Source: an uncultured virus (IMG/VR IMGVR_UViG_3300036715_000865)
Lineage: Duplodnaviria; Heunggongvirae; Uroviricota; Caudoviricetes
Length of the DNA: 34,836 bases
Strand: one strand, 5' to 3'
Virus record (IMG/VR): IMGVR_UViG_3300036715_000865
Shown: positions 7,955-16,786 of the stretch, piece by piece
How positions within the stretch are numbered: the first letter of the stretch is position 1
Layout: the number at the start of each line of letters is the position of its first letter
Notes under the pieces: model-generated
What the model was told of the DNA's origin: nothing
Seen by the model: only the letters and a program-made list of their open reading frames with translations
Database searches by the model: none
Program-made: the position numbers and the translations under genes

Positions 7955-9637
7955 ATGTTCTTAGAAGATGAAGATTATTCGATTCTAGGGAAGTTTGGCA
8001 ATGCCTTGTCTATTGAAAAGATGGATGAGGCATATCGTATTCTCGATGAGGTCATAACAAATCTTGATGACACAGGATTGAAGGAACTCATGGGAGGTTA
8101 TGAAAGTGATGTAGACGAAATTTACAAAATCATAATCGAAGAAACATACGGTGTTCTTTATGGGAAGAAAAATGCTATTGATGCTAAGTTAGGTTACATG
8201 GACCACTTGACTTCTACAATAGAAGAAACTTTATGTATTGAAAATCTAACTTACTTCATACTGTCGAAGATGCCAAATTTCGACTTAAATTGGCATCACT
8301 TGGAATGGGGAGACATTGCTCAAAGACATAATAAGTTTAATGTAATTGCAGCACGTGACCACGGAAAATCATATTTCTTTGCTAATGCTTATTTTGCTTG
8401 GAAGATGTACCGTTATCAGCCTGTCGTTGGTTTCGGACGTCCAAGAAAAGATTTAGCGTTATCAAAGAGAGGTTATTTGTTTTCGTTTTCTCAACAACAA
8501 GCAGTTGACCTTTTAGATATTCTAAAATCAACTATCGAAGAAAATGATGAACTGAGAGATAAATTATTTCCAGGTCGTGGTGATGGTTGGGCTAAAACAG
8601 ACATCGTAGCCAAGAATGGAGCTAGGGTAACAACTAAAGGTTTTGGGTCGTCAGTTCGTGGTGCTCACCCAGGTTACATTATGATTGATGATGGATTGAA
8701 GGATAACGTAATTTATTCGTCAGTACAAAGAAAGAAATCAATAGATTATTTCCATGCCGTAATTATGAACATGATTGTTCCTGACGGTCAGGTTGGGGTA
8801 GTTGGAACACCTTTTCACTCGAACGATTTATATGGAGATTTGAAGACAAAGCAAAATTGGCATGTCCGAGAGTATCCTGCAATATTTCCTGATGGTAGAA
8901 TCTTATGGCGTGAGCGTTGGGGTTTTGAAGGGTTAATGGACAAGAAAGAAACTCAAGGAAACATGATTTTCTCAAGAGAGAATTTATGTAGACCTGTTAC
9001 CAATGAGTCAACTATTTTCCCTCAAAGCATAATTGAACTATCTTATGTTAGAATGGAAGACTACACTTTTGTTAGAAGCAGAAGTGCCTTCAAGAGAACT
9101 TTTGATAGAGTAGTTGTAGGTGTCGATTTCTCAATATCTAGTTCGGTTGGTGCCGATTATACCGTAATTATAACGGCTGGTATAGATGAGAATGATAACA
9201 TATGGCTTATGAATATTACCAGATTTAAAGGCAAAACATTCGCTGAACAATTAGCAGTTCTAAAGGGTATAAATCAATCCTTTCAACCTGATATAATGGT
9301 TATGGAGGATAACGTATTTCAGCAAATATTTGTTCAAGAATCTGAGAAAGCTGGACTACCAGTTCAGGGTCATACCACAGGCAAGAACAAATACGATTTA
9401 AAGGCAGGTTTACCAGGACTAGCAATACTTTATGAACGAGGTAAAATAAGATGTCCAAGAGGCAATCAAGAGTCAAAGGACATAGGAGATTCTTTAGCAT
9501 TAGAACTTTCTTCAGTGACTTGGACAGATAAAGGACTTGAAGGAGTTGGTGAGCATGATGACCAAGCTATGAGTCTTTGGTTAACATCTGTAGCTGCTAA
9601 GAAACTTACGGAAGGATTCAACTTTAGATTCTTGTAA
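7955..9637 (+). CDS. terL: Terminase large subunit
   Basis: Walker A AARDHGKS, Walker B YIMIDD, coupling motif VGTP, RNase H-like nuclease VGVDFS...DYT...HDD. Confidence 0.95.
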   Translation: MFLEDEDYSILGKFGNALSIEKMDEAYRILDEVITNLDDTGLKELMGGYESDVDEIYKIIIEETYGVLYGKKNAIDAKLGYMDHLTSTIEETLCIENLTYFILSKMPNFDLNWHHLEWGDIAQRHNKFNVIAARDHGKSYFFANAYFAWKMYRYQPVVGFGRPRKDLALSKRGYLFSFSQQQAVDLLDILKSTIEENDELRDKLFPGRGDGWAKTDIVAKNGARVTTKGFGSSVRGAHPGYIMIDDGLKDNVIYSSVQRKKSIDYFHAVIMNMIVPDGQVGVVGTPFHSNDLYGDLKTKQNWHVREYPAIFPDGRILWRERWGFEGLMDKKETQGNMIFSRENLCRPVTNESTIFPQSIIELSYVRMEDYTFVRSRSAFKRTFDRVVVGVDFSISSSVGADYTVIITAGIDENDNIWLMNITRFKGKTFAEQLAVLKGINQSFQPDIMVMEDNVFQQIFVQESEKAGLPVQGHTTGKNKYDLKAGLPGLAILYERGKIRCPRGNQESKDIGDSLALELSSVTWTDKGLEGVGEHDDQAMSLWLTSVAAKKLTEGFNFRFL

Positions 9638-9646
9638 CACCTATTA
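9636..9646 (+). promoter_or_regulatory. Putative late-promoter motif AACACCTATTA
   Basis: Variant of a wACAs(C/A)wATwA motif recurring before head-related genes (also 12869, 19034, 20855, 32128). Confidence 0.4.
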
Positions 9647-9666
9647 TAAAAATAAAAATAGAAGAC

Positions 9667-10263
9667 ATGGATGATATCAAAAAATCAATACAAAATAATA
9701 TTGAAGAAAGAAAGAACAATATTATGAAAGGATTTGCAGGATATGATGATTTAGAGAAAGGAAGAAAATCAGCCCCAATAGGAACAATATCAGGCAGTTA
9801 CAAAAAGGTAGATAAAGATAAATGGGAGCCAGTTAAAAAACCCAAAAAGGGAAGCAAGTTCAAAGTAGGTAAAAGTGAATTTACTGTAAGTGAAATTGAT
9901 GGCTCAATTATGACTGTTGCTGATTCTAAGGGAAACACTAAGAAGTTTAACAGTAAAGTTCTTTATGAAAACAAGATTGAGTTCACCAACCCAGAGCCTA
10001 GAAAAGCGCCAGGAACTTCAAAACCTAAAGAGCCTTGGTATATGAATCCAAACTCCAAAGAAAGCAAAAAACAAGAAAAGCAAGAAGAGTTCAAAGACCT
10101 GTTAGAGCAAAAAAGACAGCTAGATTCTGATATGAATCAGGAAGCTGGAGAACTAGGTGATGCTTGGACTGACGCTCATGCTAATGAATACGGTGGTAAA
10201 TTGGGCGAGTTAGACGATAAGATTGACGCTATGAAGAAGAAACATAAATATCTTAACAATTAA
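9667..10263 (+). CDS. Putative internal head/cargo protein with shared leader
   Basis: N-terminus MDDIKKSIQNNIEERKNNIMKGF...DDLEKG is nearly identical to that of 10276; the remainder is unrelated. Confidence 0.6.
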   Translation: MDDIKKSIQNNIEERKNNIMKGFAGYDDLEKGRKSAPIGTISGSYKKVDKDKWEPVKKPKKGSKFKVGKSEFTVSEIDGSIMTVADSKGNTKKFNSKVLYENKIEFTNPEPRKAPGTSKPKEPWYMNPNSKESKKQEKQEEFKDLLEQKRQLDSDMNQEAGELGDAWTDAHANEYGGKLGELDDKIDAMKKKHKYLNN

Positions 10264-10275
10264 CAATTAACAATC

Positions 10276-11454
10276 ATGGATATCGAAAAGTCTATACAAA
10301 ATAAAATTGAAGAGCGTAAAAATAATATCATGAAGGGTTTTGTTTCATCACACCCTTTACAGTTTGCTCAACAGGAATCTTCTGATGATTTAGAAAAAGC
10401 AAGAAATACTGGTGAAACTAAAGTTGGTAAGGATGGAATAACACGTGTTTGGACTCAATTACCTAACGGAAAGTTTGACTGGCGTAGACAAAGCGCAAAA
10501 TCAACACCTAAGAGTTCTAGTGATGCTCAAACACAAGGTTCTGCTTCCACGTCAAGCGCAACCCCACCTGCTTCAGCAAGTACAACCACTGATAAAATTG
10601 ATAGTTCAGGCAAATCTGTATTTTCTAACTATTTGAAGAATGTCGCTAAAATTGAAGAAGAAGAAAAGACATTGAAAAAATATAGTCAAGGAACGACATT
10701 TAATGGTATAAAGAAAGATGCTTCTGAAAAGAGGTTGAAAGTTTTATATCAAAAAGAATCAGATTATTTAGGCAAATTCACACAAGCTGATAAGGATAAA
10801 TATGAGGAGCATTACTCAATTCCATTTGACGAAGATGGTCAAGTCGGACAAGTTGATGATTATTCAGATGAAAATAAAAAGACTTTAAAGGATTTGAAAT
10901 TATCTGGTTCTCGTATGAATGCTGAACATGGATACACAGATAAATTTGAAAAGACTATGACTTCAGATATTTCAAATGTTTTGCAGGAAAAATTCAAGGA
11001 TAAGAAGATAACGGATGTATCATTAAAACAATACTCTAGTCAAGGAGGTGCTTGGGGTAGTTATAATCAACCGAATTTCACTAGGTTAGATTTTTCTGTA
11101 GATGGTGTGGAATACAGAGTAGAAGCAAAAACAGGCGAAAAAATGTCATCTGGAAGAAGAAGAGACAACAAATTCAGCGAACTTGAAGTCATAAAATACA
11201 ATGATAAAGGTCAAGGGAGCAATATAGCTAACTTAGACAACAGTACTGGATTTAATGATACTGCAGAAGAAGATTCTAAATCTATAACAATGCAAAAAGA
11301 TTTAATATCCAAACATAAATTAGCAAAGGATGGATATTATGACAGTCAATGGTCAAAGGAGAAGCCAGAATTAGATTTCAAACAATCACTTAGAGCATAT
11401 GAATGGCTACATGCTGCCTCTTTGATAGCAGAAGGAATAGGCAAGATAAAATAA
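10276..11454 (+). CDS. Putative internal head/cargo protein with shared leader and TKVGKDG...DWR module
   Basis: Leader shared with 9667; LEKA-x3-GETKVGKDGITRVWTQLPNGKFDWRR shared with 32173; Ser/Thr linker, then a unique domain. Confidence 0.65.
   Translation: MDIEKSIQNKIEERKNNIMKGFVSSHPLQFAQQESSDDLEKARNTGETKVGKDGITRVWTQLPNGKFDWRRQSAKSTPKSSSDAQTQGSASTSSATPPASASTTTDKIDSSGKSVFSNYLKNVAKIEEEEKTLKKYSQGTTFNGIKKDASEKRLKVLYQKESDYLGKFTQADKDKYEEHYSIPFDEDGQVGQVDDYSDENKKTLKDLKLSGSRMNAEHGYTDKFEKTMTSDISNVLQEKFKDKKITDVSLKQYSSQGGAWGSYNQPNFTRLDFSVDGVEYRVEAKTGEKMSSGRRRDNKFSELEVIKYNDKGQGSNIANLDNSTGFNDTAEEDSKSITMQKDLISKHKLAKDGYYDSQWSKEKPELDFKQSLRAYEWLHAASLIAEGIGKIK
11248..11269 (+). repeat. 22-bp exact direct repeat, copy 1
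   Basis: GGATTTAATGATACTGCAGAAG, identical at 13101..13122. Confidence 0.9.
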
Positions 11455-11472
11455 CAAAATATTTTCTTATAC

Positions 11473-11498
11473 AAAGCCTAGCGAAAGTTAGGCTTTTT
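11473..11498 (+). terminator. Rho-independent terminator
   Basis: AAAGCCTAGC-GAAA-GTTAGGCTTT followed by TT. Confidence 0.85.
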
Positions 11499-11507
11499 CA
11501 ATTTAAC

Positions 11508-11584
11508 CAAAAATATTTTACAAAATAATTGAATTCTTTCATTGCTATATAAAAAATTATATAGAACTTCGTTTAAGAATTAAT
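11508..11584 (+). promoter_or_regulatory. Duplicated putative early promoter, copy 1
   Basis: A 37-nt block and a 25-nt block are shared with 16787..16863, separated by a non-conserved 15-nt spacer. TTG-N19-GAACTTCG resembles the Bacteroidota TTG/TAnnTTTG architecture. Confidence 0.7.
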
Positions 11585-11607
11585 GTAAACTGTAAAATCT
11601 TAATATC

Positions 11608-11865
11608 ATGTTAAATTACGAAAAATTAGTATCGAATAACCCTACTGAGTATGGCAGAATGACAAACAGTATCGGTCAAGAAATCATATTTGTTGAACAT
11701 CCTTTAAGAGGTGATGAGTATCCTGTAATAGTGCTTTGTCACGAATTAAAGTTGGCTGCTTCTACAGACTTCTTTGAATTGGATGACATGATTGACAGCC
11801 ATAAAGAATACGAGCCTAAGTTTGAGGATGGAGGGTTGTATATAGGAGATTTCTTACAAGATTAA
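11608..11865 (+). CDS. Hypothetical protein (putative early gene)
   Basis: First ORF after the duplicated promoter. Confidence 0.75.
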   Translation: MLNYEKLVSNNPTEYGRMTNSIGQEIIFVEHPLRGDEYPVIVLCHELKLAASTDFFELDDMIDSHKEYEPKFEDGGLYIGDFLQD

Positions 11866-11887
11866 TATTAACAAAGTTATTTATATT

Positions 11888-12013
11888 ATGAAAACAATGA
11901 TAAAAACATTATATAAGGTTGCGGTGAATGAGCCGTTGCAATTTATCGGAGGAGTAGCAATGCTATCAATGATATTCGGAATGTATTATTTAGTAACATT
12001 AATAGGAGGTTAA
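11888..12013 (+). CDS. Small membrane peptide (41 aa; not in the ORF track)
   Basis: MKTMIKTLYKVAVNEPLQFIGGVAMLSMIFGMYYLVTLIGG fills the gap exactly and has one hydrophobic helix. Confidence 0.6.
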   Translation: MKTMIKTLYKVAVNEPLQFIGGVAMLSMIFGMYYLVTLIGG

Positions 12014-12015
12014 TC

Positions 12016-12795
12016 ATGGAAAATCATAAAGACATACTAGATAAAATCAAGAAATTGATGGCCCACCAAAGTTCTGCTTTGGAGATGGGTTCGATAGCAG
12101 AAGCAGAAGCGTTTGCGACTAAGATTCAAAATCTGTTGAACAAATACAATATTTCGGTCAATCAGATTCAGGTCGACAAAGAAGACAACGAAGTTATGGA
12201 TGCCGAATTTGCTCTGAAGATTCCTTCAGTAGGGAGTAGAACAAATTTCTGGATTTATAGTGCGATTGCTAGAACAAATTGGTGTAAGGCTTACATAATC
12301 GGAAAAGGTAAAAATAATAAGATGATTATTATTGGAACTGCTCAAAACATAGAAATGTGTAAATATATTCATTCTGTTGTTACTCCAGTATTCCTTAGAG
12401 TAGGAAAGAAGAAATACAAAGAAGAGTATTTGCCTTCTGTAATGGTTTATACTACACCTGTCGGATTAGATACATATCTAAGGACGTTCATAAGAGGTTG
12501 TGCAGATGGACTTTACGAAAAATTAAGAGCAGAAATGGAAAAATTCGTAAAAGAGAATAGTACTGAGGAGGCAGTTGCAGAATTGGGTTGTACGGCACTA
12601 TCAATAGTCAGAGGAAACGAAATAGCATTGACACAATTTGTATCAAAAAAATACGGTGAATCAGGTCGTTCAAGTTCGACTAAAAGTAGTTATGCAGGTG
12701 GTGCATATAGTCAAGGAGTTGAAACAGGAAAAAATGTAGGTATAAATAAAGGTGTTGAAAGTTCTAAGCCGATTCAAAGAAAGATGATAGGCTAA
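12016..12795 (+). CDS. DUF2786-domain protein
   Basis: ILDKIKKLMA...EAEAFATKIQNLLNKYNI N-terminus and the AYSQGVETG C-terminal motif typical of this family. Confidence 0.8.
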   Translation: MENHKDILDKIKKLMAHQSSALEMGSIAEAEAFATKIQNLLNKYNISVNQIQVDKEDNEVMDAEFALKIPSVGSRTNFWIYSAIARTNWCKAYIIGKGKNNKMIIIGTAQNIEMCKYIHSVVTPVFLRVGKKKYKEEYLPSVMVYTTPVGLDTYLRTFIRGCADGLYEKLRAEMEKFVKENSTEEAVAELGCTALSIVRGNEIALTQFVSKKYGESGRSSSTKSSYAGGAYSQGVETGKNVGINKGVESSKPIQRKMIG

Positions 12796-12819
12796 GTTTC
12801 ACAGGTTGATTAATTCTTA

Positions 12820-12854
12820 GAAGTTGACGATGTTTAAGTATATCGTCAATTTTT
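12820..12854 (+). terminator. Rho-independent terminator
   Basis: AAGTTGACGATGT...ATATCGTCAATTT followed by Ts. Confidence 0.75.
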
Positions 12855-12868
12855 ATGTTATCTGGTCA

Positions 12869-12879
12869 TACAGATATTA
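12869..12879 (+). promoter_or_regulatory. Putative late-promoter motif TACAGATATTA
   Basis: Lies between a terminator and gene 12900; preceded by TGGTC as at 20849. Confidence 0.45.
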
Positions 12880-12899
12880 AGTGGTTAAAACGATAAAAA

Positions 12900-13745
12900 A
12901 TGGAAAACTTGTTCTTAGATTCAAATAAATTCTCTCATAGATTAAACATGAGCGGATTTACTAATATTGAAAAGTCATACTCAACTCAGGAGTTCAATTC
13001 TGCGTTCCCAGAAGATAAATTTGTTATTCTTGAGAAAGCAGGAATCGACAATTTCGTCAAAAATGTTGCTGAAGCGACAGGTGGTGAAATTATCAAGGGA
13101 GGATTTAATGATACTGCAGAAGTAAACAGCATTTTAGAAAAGGCTAAAAGTGACATGCAAAAACTTGATAGAGTATTCATCAATGATGGTCCAGGAATGG
13201 AACGTTATGTTTTTGTTATGGAGAAATCTAAGCAAGTTGAAGAACTGCAAAAAGGTGAGGATGGTGAAGCACTTGAAAAATCACATATGGATGCTTTTGA
13301 GTGGTCAGACAAGATTGTTTTTAAGAAATCTGGTAAAGATATAAAAGCACAGTTCGCACTGGCTAAGGTGTTAGAAACATCAGAAAATTCTAAGTTAGCA
13401 GAAGATATTGAAGAAGCACTAGAGCATCTTACTATGTCTCCAACTGAAAAACCCAACTTATGGGGGAACAGAGAATCTGTAGTTGTTCCTTATAAAGTAT
13501 TTAATTGGAATCAAACCTATTATAATACTGGTAATTCTATGCATGACGTTTCTGAGTCTGAAGAAAGTTGTCGTGCTTGCAATACACCTGAGGAAGCAGA
13601 AGAGAACAGAAAATACAACGAACTTGTAGATAAGTGGATTAACTCTTGTGCTGAATTGAAAATGATTGATTTGTATGCTAATCATCTTGATGATAAGAAA
13701 GAATACGAATTGACTGCAAGACAAATGTTAGCATTAAAATTCTAA
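12900..13745 (+). CDS. Putative internal head/scaffold-like protein with multiple x-K-[A/S/G] sites
   Basis: IEKS, LEKA, IIKG, LEKA, MEKS, LQKG, LEKS within the first 128 aa; the N-terminal region aligns by eye with 19418. Confidence 0.55.
   Translation: MENLFLDSNKFSHRLNMSGFTNIEKSYSTQEFNSAFPEDKFVILEKAGIDNFVKNVAEATGGEIIKGGFNDTAEVNSILEKAKSDMQKLDRVFINDGPGMERYVFVMEKSKQVEELQKGEDGEALEKSHMDAFEWSDKIVFKKSGKDIKAQFALAKVLETSENSKLAEDIEEALEHLTMSPTEKPNLWGNRESVVVPYKVFNWNQTYYNTGNSMHDVSESEESCRACNTPEEAEENRKYNELVDKWINSCAELKMIDLYANHLDDKKEYELTARQMLALKF
13101..13122 (+). repeat. 22-bp exact direct repeat, copy 2
   Basis: Identical to 11248..11269; both encode GFNDTAE in frame. Confidence 0.9.
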
Positions 13746-13755
13746 AAATAAAGAT

Positions 13756-14007
13756 ATGTTTGGAAGTAAATTAGCACCGACTTTTTTAAATTTCGACCAA
13801 AGTGTTCCACTACCTATGACAGAAGTTGTAGGTAGTGTTACTTACATCGGATATTGTAAAAGATTGGGCATCGGATTCGATAAGCCTGAATGGTTGATTA
13901 TTCGAATCACTGAAGCAGGAGGTTTGACTACTCCAGAATATGCAACAGGTTCTACGGAGTTTAAAAACAAGTGGTCTGACAGAGCATCACTATCATACGC
14001 AAGATAA
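13756..14007 (+). CDS. Small putative virion structural protein
   Basis: TYIGY...WLIIRI...YATG...WSDRASLSY pattern; coupled by TAATG to the collagen-like gene. Confidence 0.6.
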   Translation: MFGSKLAPTFLNFDQSVPLPMTEVVGSVTYIGYCKRLGIGFDKPEWLIIRITEAGGLTTPEYATGSTEFKNKWSDRASLSYAR

Positions 14008-14882
14008 TGGCTATTACATTTGACGTTATATTAGGTAAGTTAAGAAAGAAAGACACAGGTGCTGGAACACCTGGTCCAAAGGGTGACCAAGGAGAGCCTG
14101 GTCCAAAAGGAGAACAAGGAGAACAAGGAGAACAAGGAGAGCCTGGAACTAACGGCACTAACGGAACTAACGGAACTAACGGAACTAACGGAACTAACGG
14201 AACTAATGGGACTAACGGAACTAACGGAACTAACGGAACTAATGGGACTAATGGTGGTTTAGTCAGAGCAAATGATAAATCTTATTTCTTCGTGAGAGCA
14301 GCTAGTGGTACAAGGTTATCATCAGGTGTCAACACTAATGGATTCGGAGTGATAAGTAATGTTGCTGATTCTGTAACTAATTGGACACAGTATAACACTT
14401 CTGGTCCAGCAGGAGGATTTGCAGGAATTGAATCATCTTCATTCATTGATTTCCCTGTTGCTTCTAATCCTGATTTTGAAATTGTATTGAAGACTGGAAC
14501 TATTCTAACCAATCAAAGAATCTGGGTTGGACTAATAAGTTCAACAGTAACTAATTCTGACAACCAATCAGGGGTAAATATATCTTTCAGATATTCTAGT
14601 GTAGCTGGGGACGTTTCTTGGGTTGGAATCGTAGATGACGGAACTACTCAACAATTCACGATTCCTTTCGGAGTCATAGCAATTTCAACTATATATAAAT
14701 TCAAAATACGTGTTGACTACGATACGAGTAAATACTATTTTTCTGTTAATGGTTCTGCTGAAGTCAGTATAACAGCTACAGTTCCAGCTTCAACAAAATT
14801 AGGTTTTGGAGCACAAATAGTGAATACAGTGACTGGTTCAAGGTCATTGATATTTTCAAGAATGGATTGTCTACATAATTAA
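14007..14882 (+). CDS. Collagen-like fibre protein with C-terminal beta-sandwich/lectin-like domain
   Basis: 21 consecutive G-X-Y triplets followed by a beta-rich domain. Confidence 0.8.
   Translation: MAITFDVILGKLRKKDTGAGTPGPKGDQGEPGPKGEQGEQGEQGEPGTNGTNGTNGTNGTNGTNGTNGTNGTNGTNGTNGTNGGLVRANDKSYFFVRAASGTRLSSGVNTNGFGVISNVADSVTNWTQYNTSGPAGGFAGIESSSFIDFPVASNPDFEIVLKTGTILTNQRIWVGLISSTVTNSDNQSGVNISFRYSSVAGDVSWVGIVDDGTTQQFTIPFGVIAISTIYKFKIRVDYDTSKYYFSVNGSAEVSITATVPASTKLGFGAQIVNTVTGSRSLIFSRMDCLHN
14145..14252 (+). repeat. 9-bp tandem repeat x12 (consensus GGAACTAAC), encoding (GTN)12
   Basis: Read directly from the sequence; preceded by GGAGAACAA x3. Confidence 0.95.
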
Positions 14883-14889
14883 AACGAAG

Positions 14890-15207
14890 ATGGAAAATCA
14901 ATTAGAAAATAAGAATGTAATTAGTGATGAATTCATTCTTTACGAAAATAGACAATTTGATGGCATGAAGAGTTTAAATCTTCTAATGGCTGAACTCAGG
15001 TTGAATTCTGTTCAGAATAATTATCCTAGAGAAGTAAATAAAAGTATTGAGACAGCGTTTGAAGGTGTGATTAATTCGATTCAATTAGGATGGTGGGTCA
15101 CAGCAAAAGAAAAATGTGAGCTAGTTCCTGTGGCTGGATATGTTACTCAACAACTATGGGATAGAATTTATTTGACGATTACACAATATATTGCTGCTAA
15201 CTACTAA
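14890..15207 (+). CDS. Hypothetical protein, possible fibre assembly factor
   Basis: Helical 105-aa ORF directly after the fibre gene; role is a positional inference. Confidence 0.55.
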   Translation: MENQLENKNVISDEFILYENRQFDGMKSLNLLMAELRLNSVQNNYPREVNKSIETAFEGVINSIQLGWWVTAKEKCELVPVAGYVTQQLWDRIYLTITQYIAANY

Positions 15208-15218
15208 TCTAATTTAAT

Positions 15219-15731
15219 ATGGACTTATCTAATATAAAAACAGGAGATTTATTGCATTGTCAAGGCAATGGGATAATATCAAAACTTATCGCATTCTTTA
15301 CTGCATCAAAAATAACTCATACTGCTGTAGCGATAAGAATTTGGGGTCAATTATATATAATTGATGCGCAGCGTCAAGGAGTTTTGCCAAGACCATTCGG
15401 AACTTGGATGGCAGAATATGATTACAAATTTGAGGTTCAAAGAAATCCTTTTGTTGCGGAAGAGAAATATTTTTCAATGAGAGCAATGTCTAAATCTGGA
15501 AGTAAGTACGACTTGCAATTATTGTTCTTGGAACAGCCGTCAGAGATATTGAAAGATAAAGTTGGGCTTCAATCTGATGTGAATTCAAAATTCAAAAGGA
15601 ATGATAAATATGTTTGCAGTGAATATGCGACTTGGTGTCATGAAATCGAAGATGCTCATAAGTTTACACCTAAGATGGTTAAGGAATATTGTGATGCAAA
15701 TAAATGGGATACAATAATGCGCAATTTCTGA
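15219..15731 (+). CDS. Permuted papain-like (YiiX/YaeF, NlpC/P60 superfamily) amidase
   Basis: KTGDLL, ITHTAV (His first), SKYD, then YVCSEY (Cys late): the permuted catalytic order. Confidence 0.8.
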   Translation: MDLSNIKTGDLLHCQGNGIISKLIAFFTASKITHTAVAIRIWGQLYIIDAQRQGVLPRPFGTWMAEYDYKFEVQRNPFVAEEKYFSMRAMSKSGSKYDLQLLFLEQPSEILKDKVGLQSDVNSKFKRNDKYVCSEYATWCHEIEDAHKFTPKMVKEYCDANKWDTIMRNF

Positions 15732-15756
15732 TAATCAGAAATCATATTTCATATAG

Positions 15757-15800
15757 AACTGAATGTTATTTACAAAGTTATAGATAACATTCAGTTTTTG
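15757..15800 (+). terminator. Long hairpin / probable terminator
   Basis: AACTGAATGTTAT (15757-15769) pairs perfectly with ATAACATTCAGTT (15784-15796), followed by TTTG. Confidence 0.65.
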
Positions 15801-15818
15801 TTTTGTATAATGTTAGTA

Positions 15819-16766
15819 ATGGAAAAATTAGAGAAAGGAACATCTGTATCGGTCAGATTAAGAACAGGTGAGCTCATATTCGGAAAATATGAGAAAGAAG
15901 GTAAGAATGGATACCATACTGTTAGAACAGCAGATGGTAAATCAATAGACAGAAAACTAGAGAAAATCAAAGTATTGATTAATGCGGATGTAGATTTTCA
16001 TTCTAATAATATGCATCCAAGTCCTGTTCAAGTTACGAATGCACCTCATCATATGATGCCTCCAAAACAATTCGATATCAACGACAAGTTCAGGTTCTTA
16101 GAAAATATGGTAGGTATGGTTGTTAAGAAAACTGCTGTTTCTATGGTAATTACTGGTGAAGGAGGACTTGGCAAGACTTTTACGGTGATGCAAGAAATCA
16201 AGAAAAGACAATTAGAAGAGAATTCAGATTATATAACCATCAAAGGATTCTCTACTGCAAAGGGATTATACCGAACATTGTTTGAAAATTCGGATAAGTT
16301 AATTGTATTCGATGATTGCGATGAGGTTTTGAAGAATGATGTTGCCAAGAATATTTTAAAGGGTGCTCTGGATAGTTATGACGAGAGGATTATCAGTTGG
16401 ATAACTAATTCGTTTTCTGATGACCTGCCATCTAGTTTTGAGTTTGAGGGTCAGATTATCTTTATCAGCAACCTGCCTCAATGGAAGGTTGACCAAGCTA
16501 TCCTAAGTCGCAGTATGTCAATTGATTTATCAATGGATACAGAAACGAAGATTCAGAGAATGAGAGCCATACTTCCAAAAATCAAGACAATGGTTTCAAT
16601 GGATGTTAAAGAAGAGTGTATGAATCTAATCGAAGAACACAAAAACCAATGTGGAGATTTGAATATGCGAACTTTAATCAAAGTAATCGGTATAAGAACT
16701 GACCCTGAAAACGCTGAAATTTGGGAAGACATGTCAGTTTATGCGATGACAAGTACTGTGAATTAA
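15819..16766 (+). CDS. AAA+-type P-loop ATPase
   Basis: Walker A GEGGLGKT, Walker B IVFDDCD, sensor IIFISN, Arg-finger-like AILSRS; ATG 15819 preferred over TTG 15798. Confidence 0.85.
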   Translation: MEKLEKGTSVSVRLRTGELIFGKYEKEGKNGYHTVRTADGKSIDRKLEKIKVLINADVDFHSNNMHPSPVQVTNAPHHMMPPKQFDINDKFRFLENMVGMVVKKTAVSMVITGEGGLGKTFTVMQEIKKRQLEENSDYITIKGFSTAKGLYRTLFENSDKLIVFDDCDEVLKNDVAKNILKGALDSYDERIISWITNSFSDDLPSSFEFEGQIIFISNLPQWKVDQAILSRSMSIDLSMDTETKIQRMRAILPKIKTMVSMDVKEECMNLIEEHKNQCGDLNMRTLIKVIGIRTDPENAEIWEDMSVYAMTSTVN

Positions 16767-16786
16767 TTCTACTATTTGTACAGTTT

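Noticed and set aside
7955..9637. Intein or intron in the terminase
   Set aside because: The ORF is continuous, of ordinary length, and shows no intein or homing-endonuclease motifs.
12900..13745. Major capsid protein or prohead protease
   Set aside because: No HK97-fold or protease motifs recognised; neither gene appears to lie in this window.
14145..14252. CRISPR-like array
   Set aside because: Contiguous 9-bp units with no spacers, in frame within a collagen-like gene.
14059..14262. Alternate-frame ORFs over the repeat, (TEL)n on + and 13961..14158 on -
   Set aside because: Stop-free only because of the 9-bp periodicity; shadows of the collagen gene.
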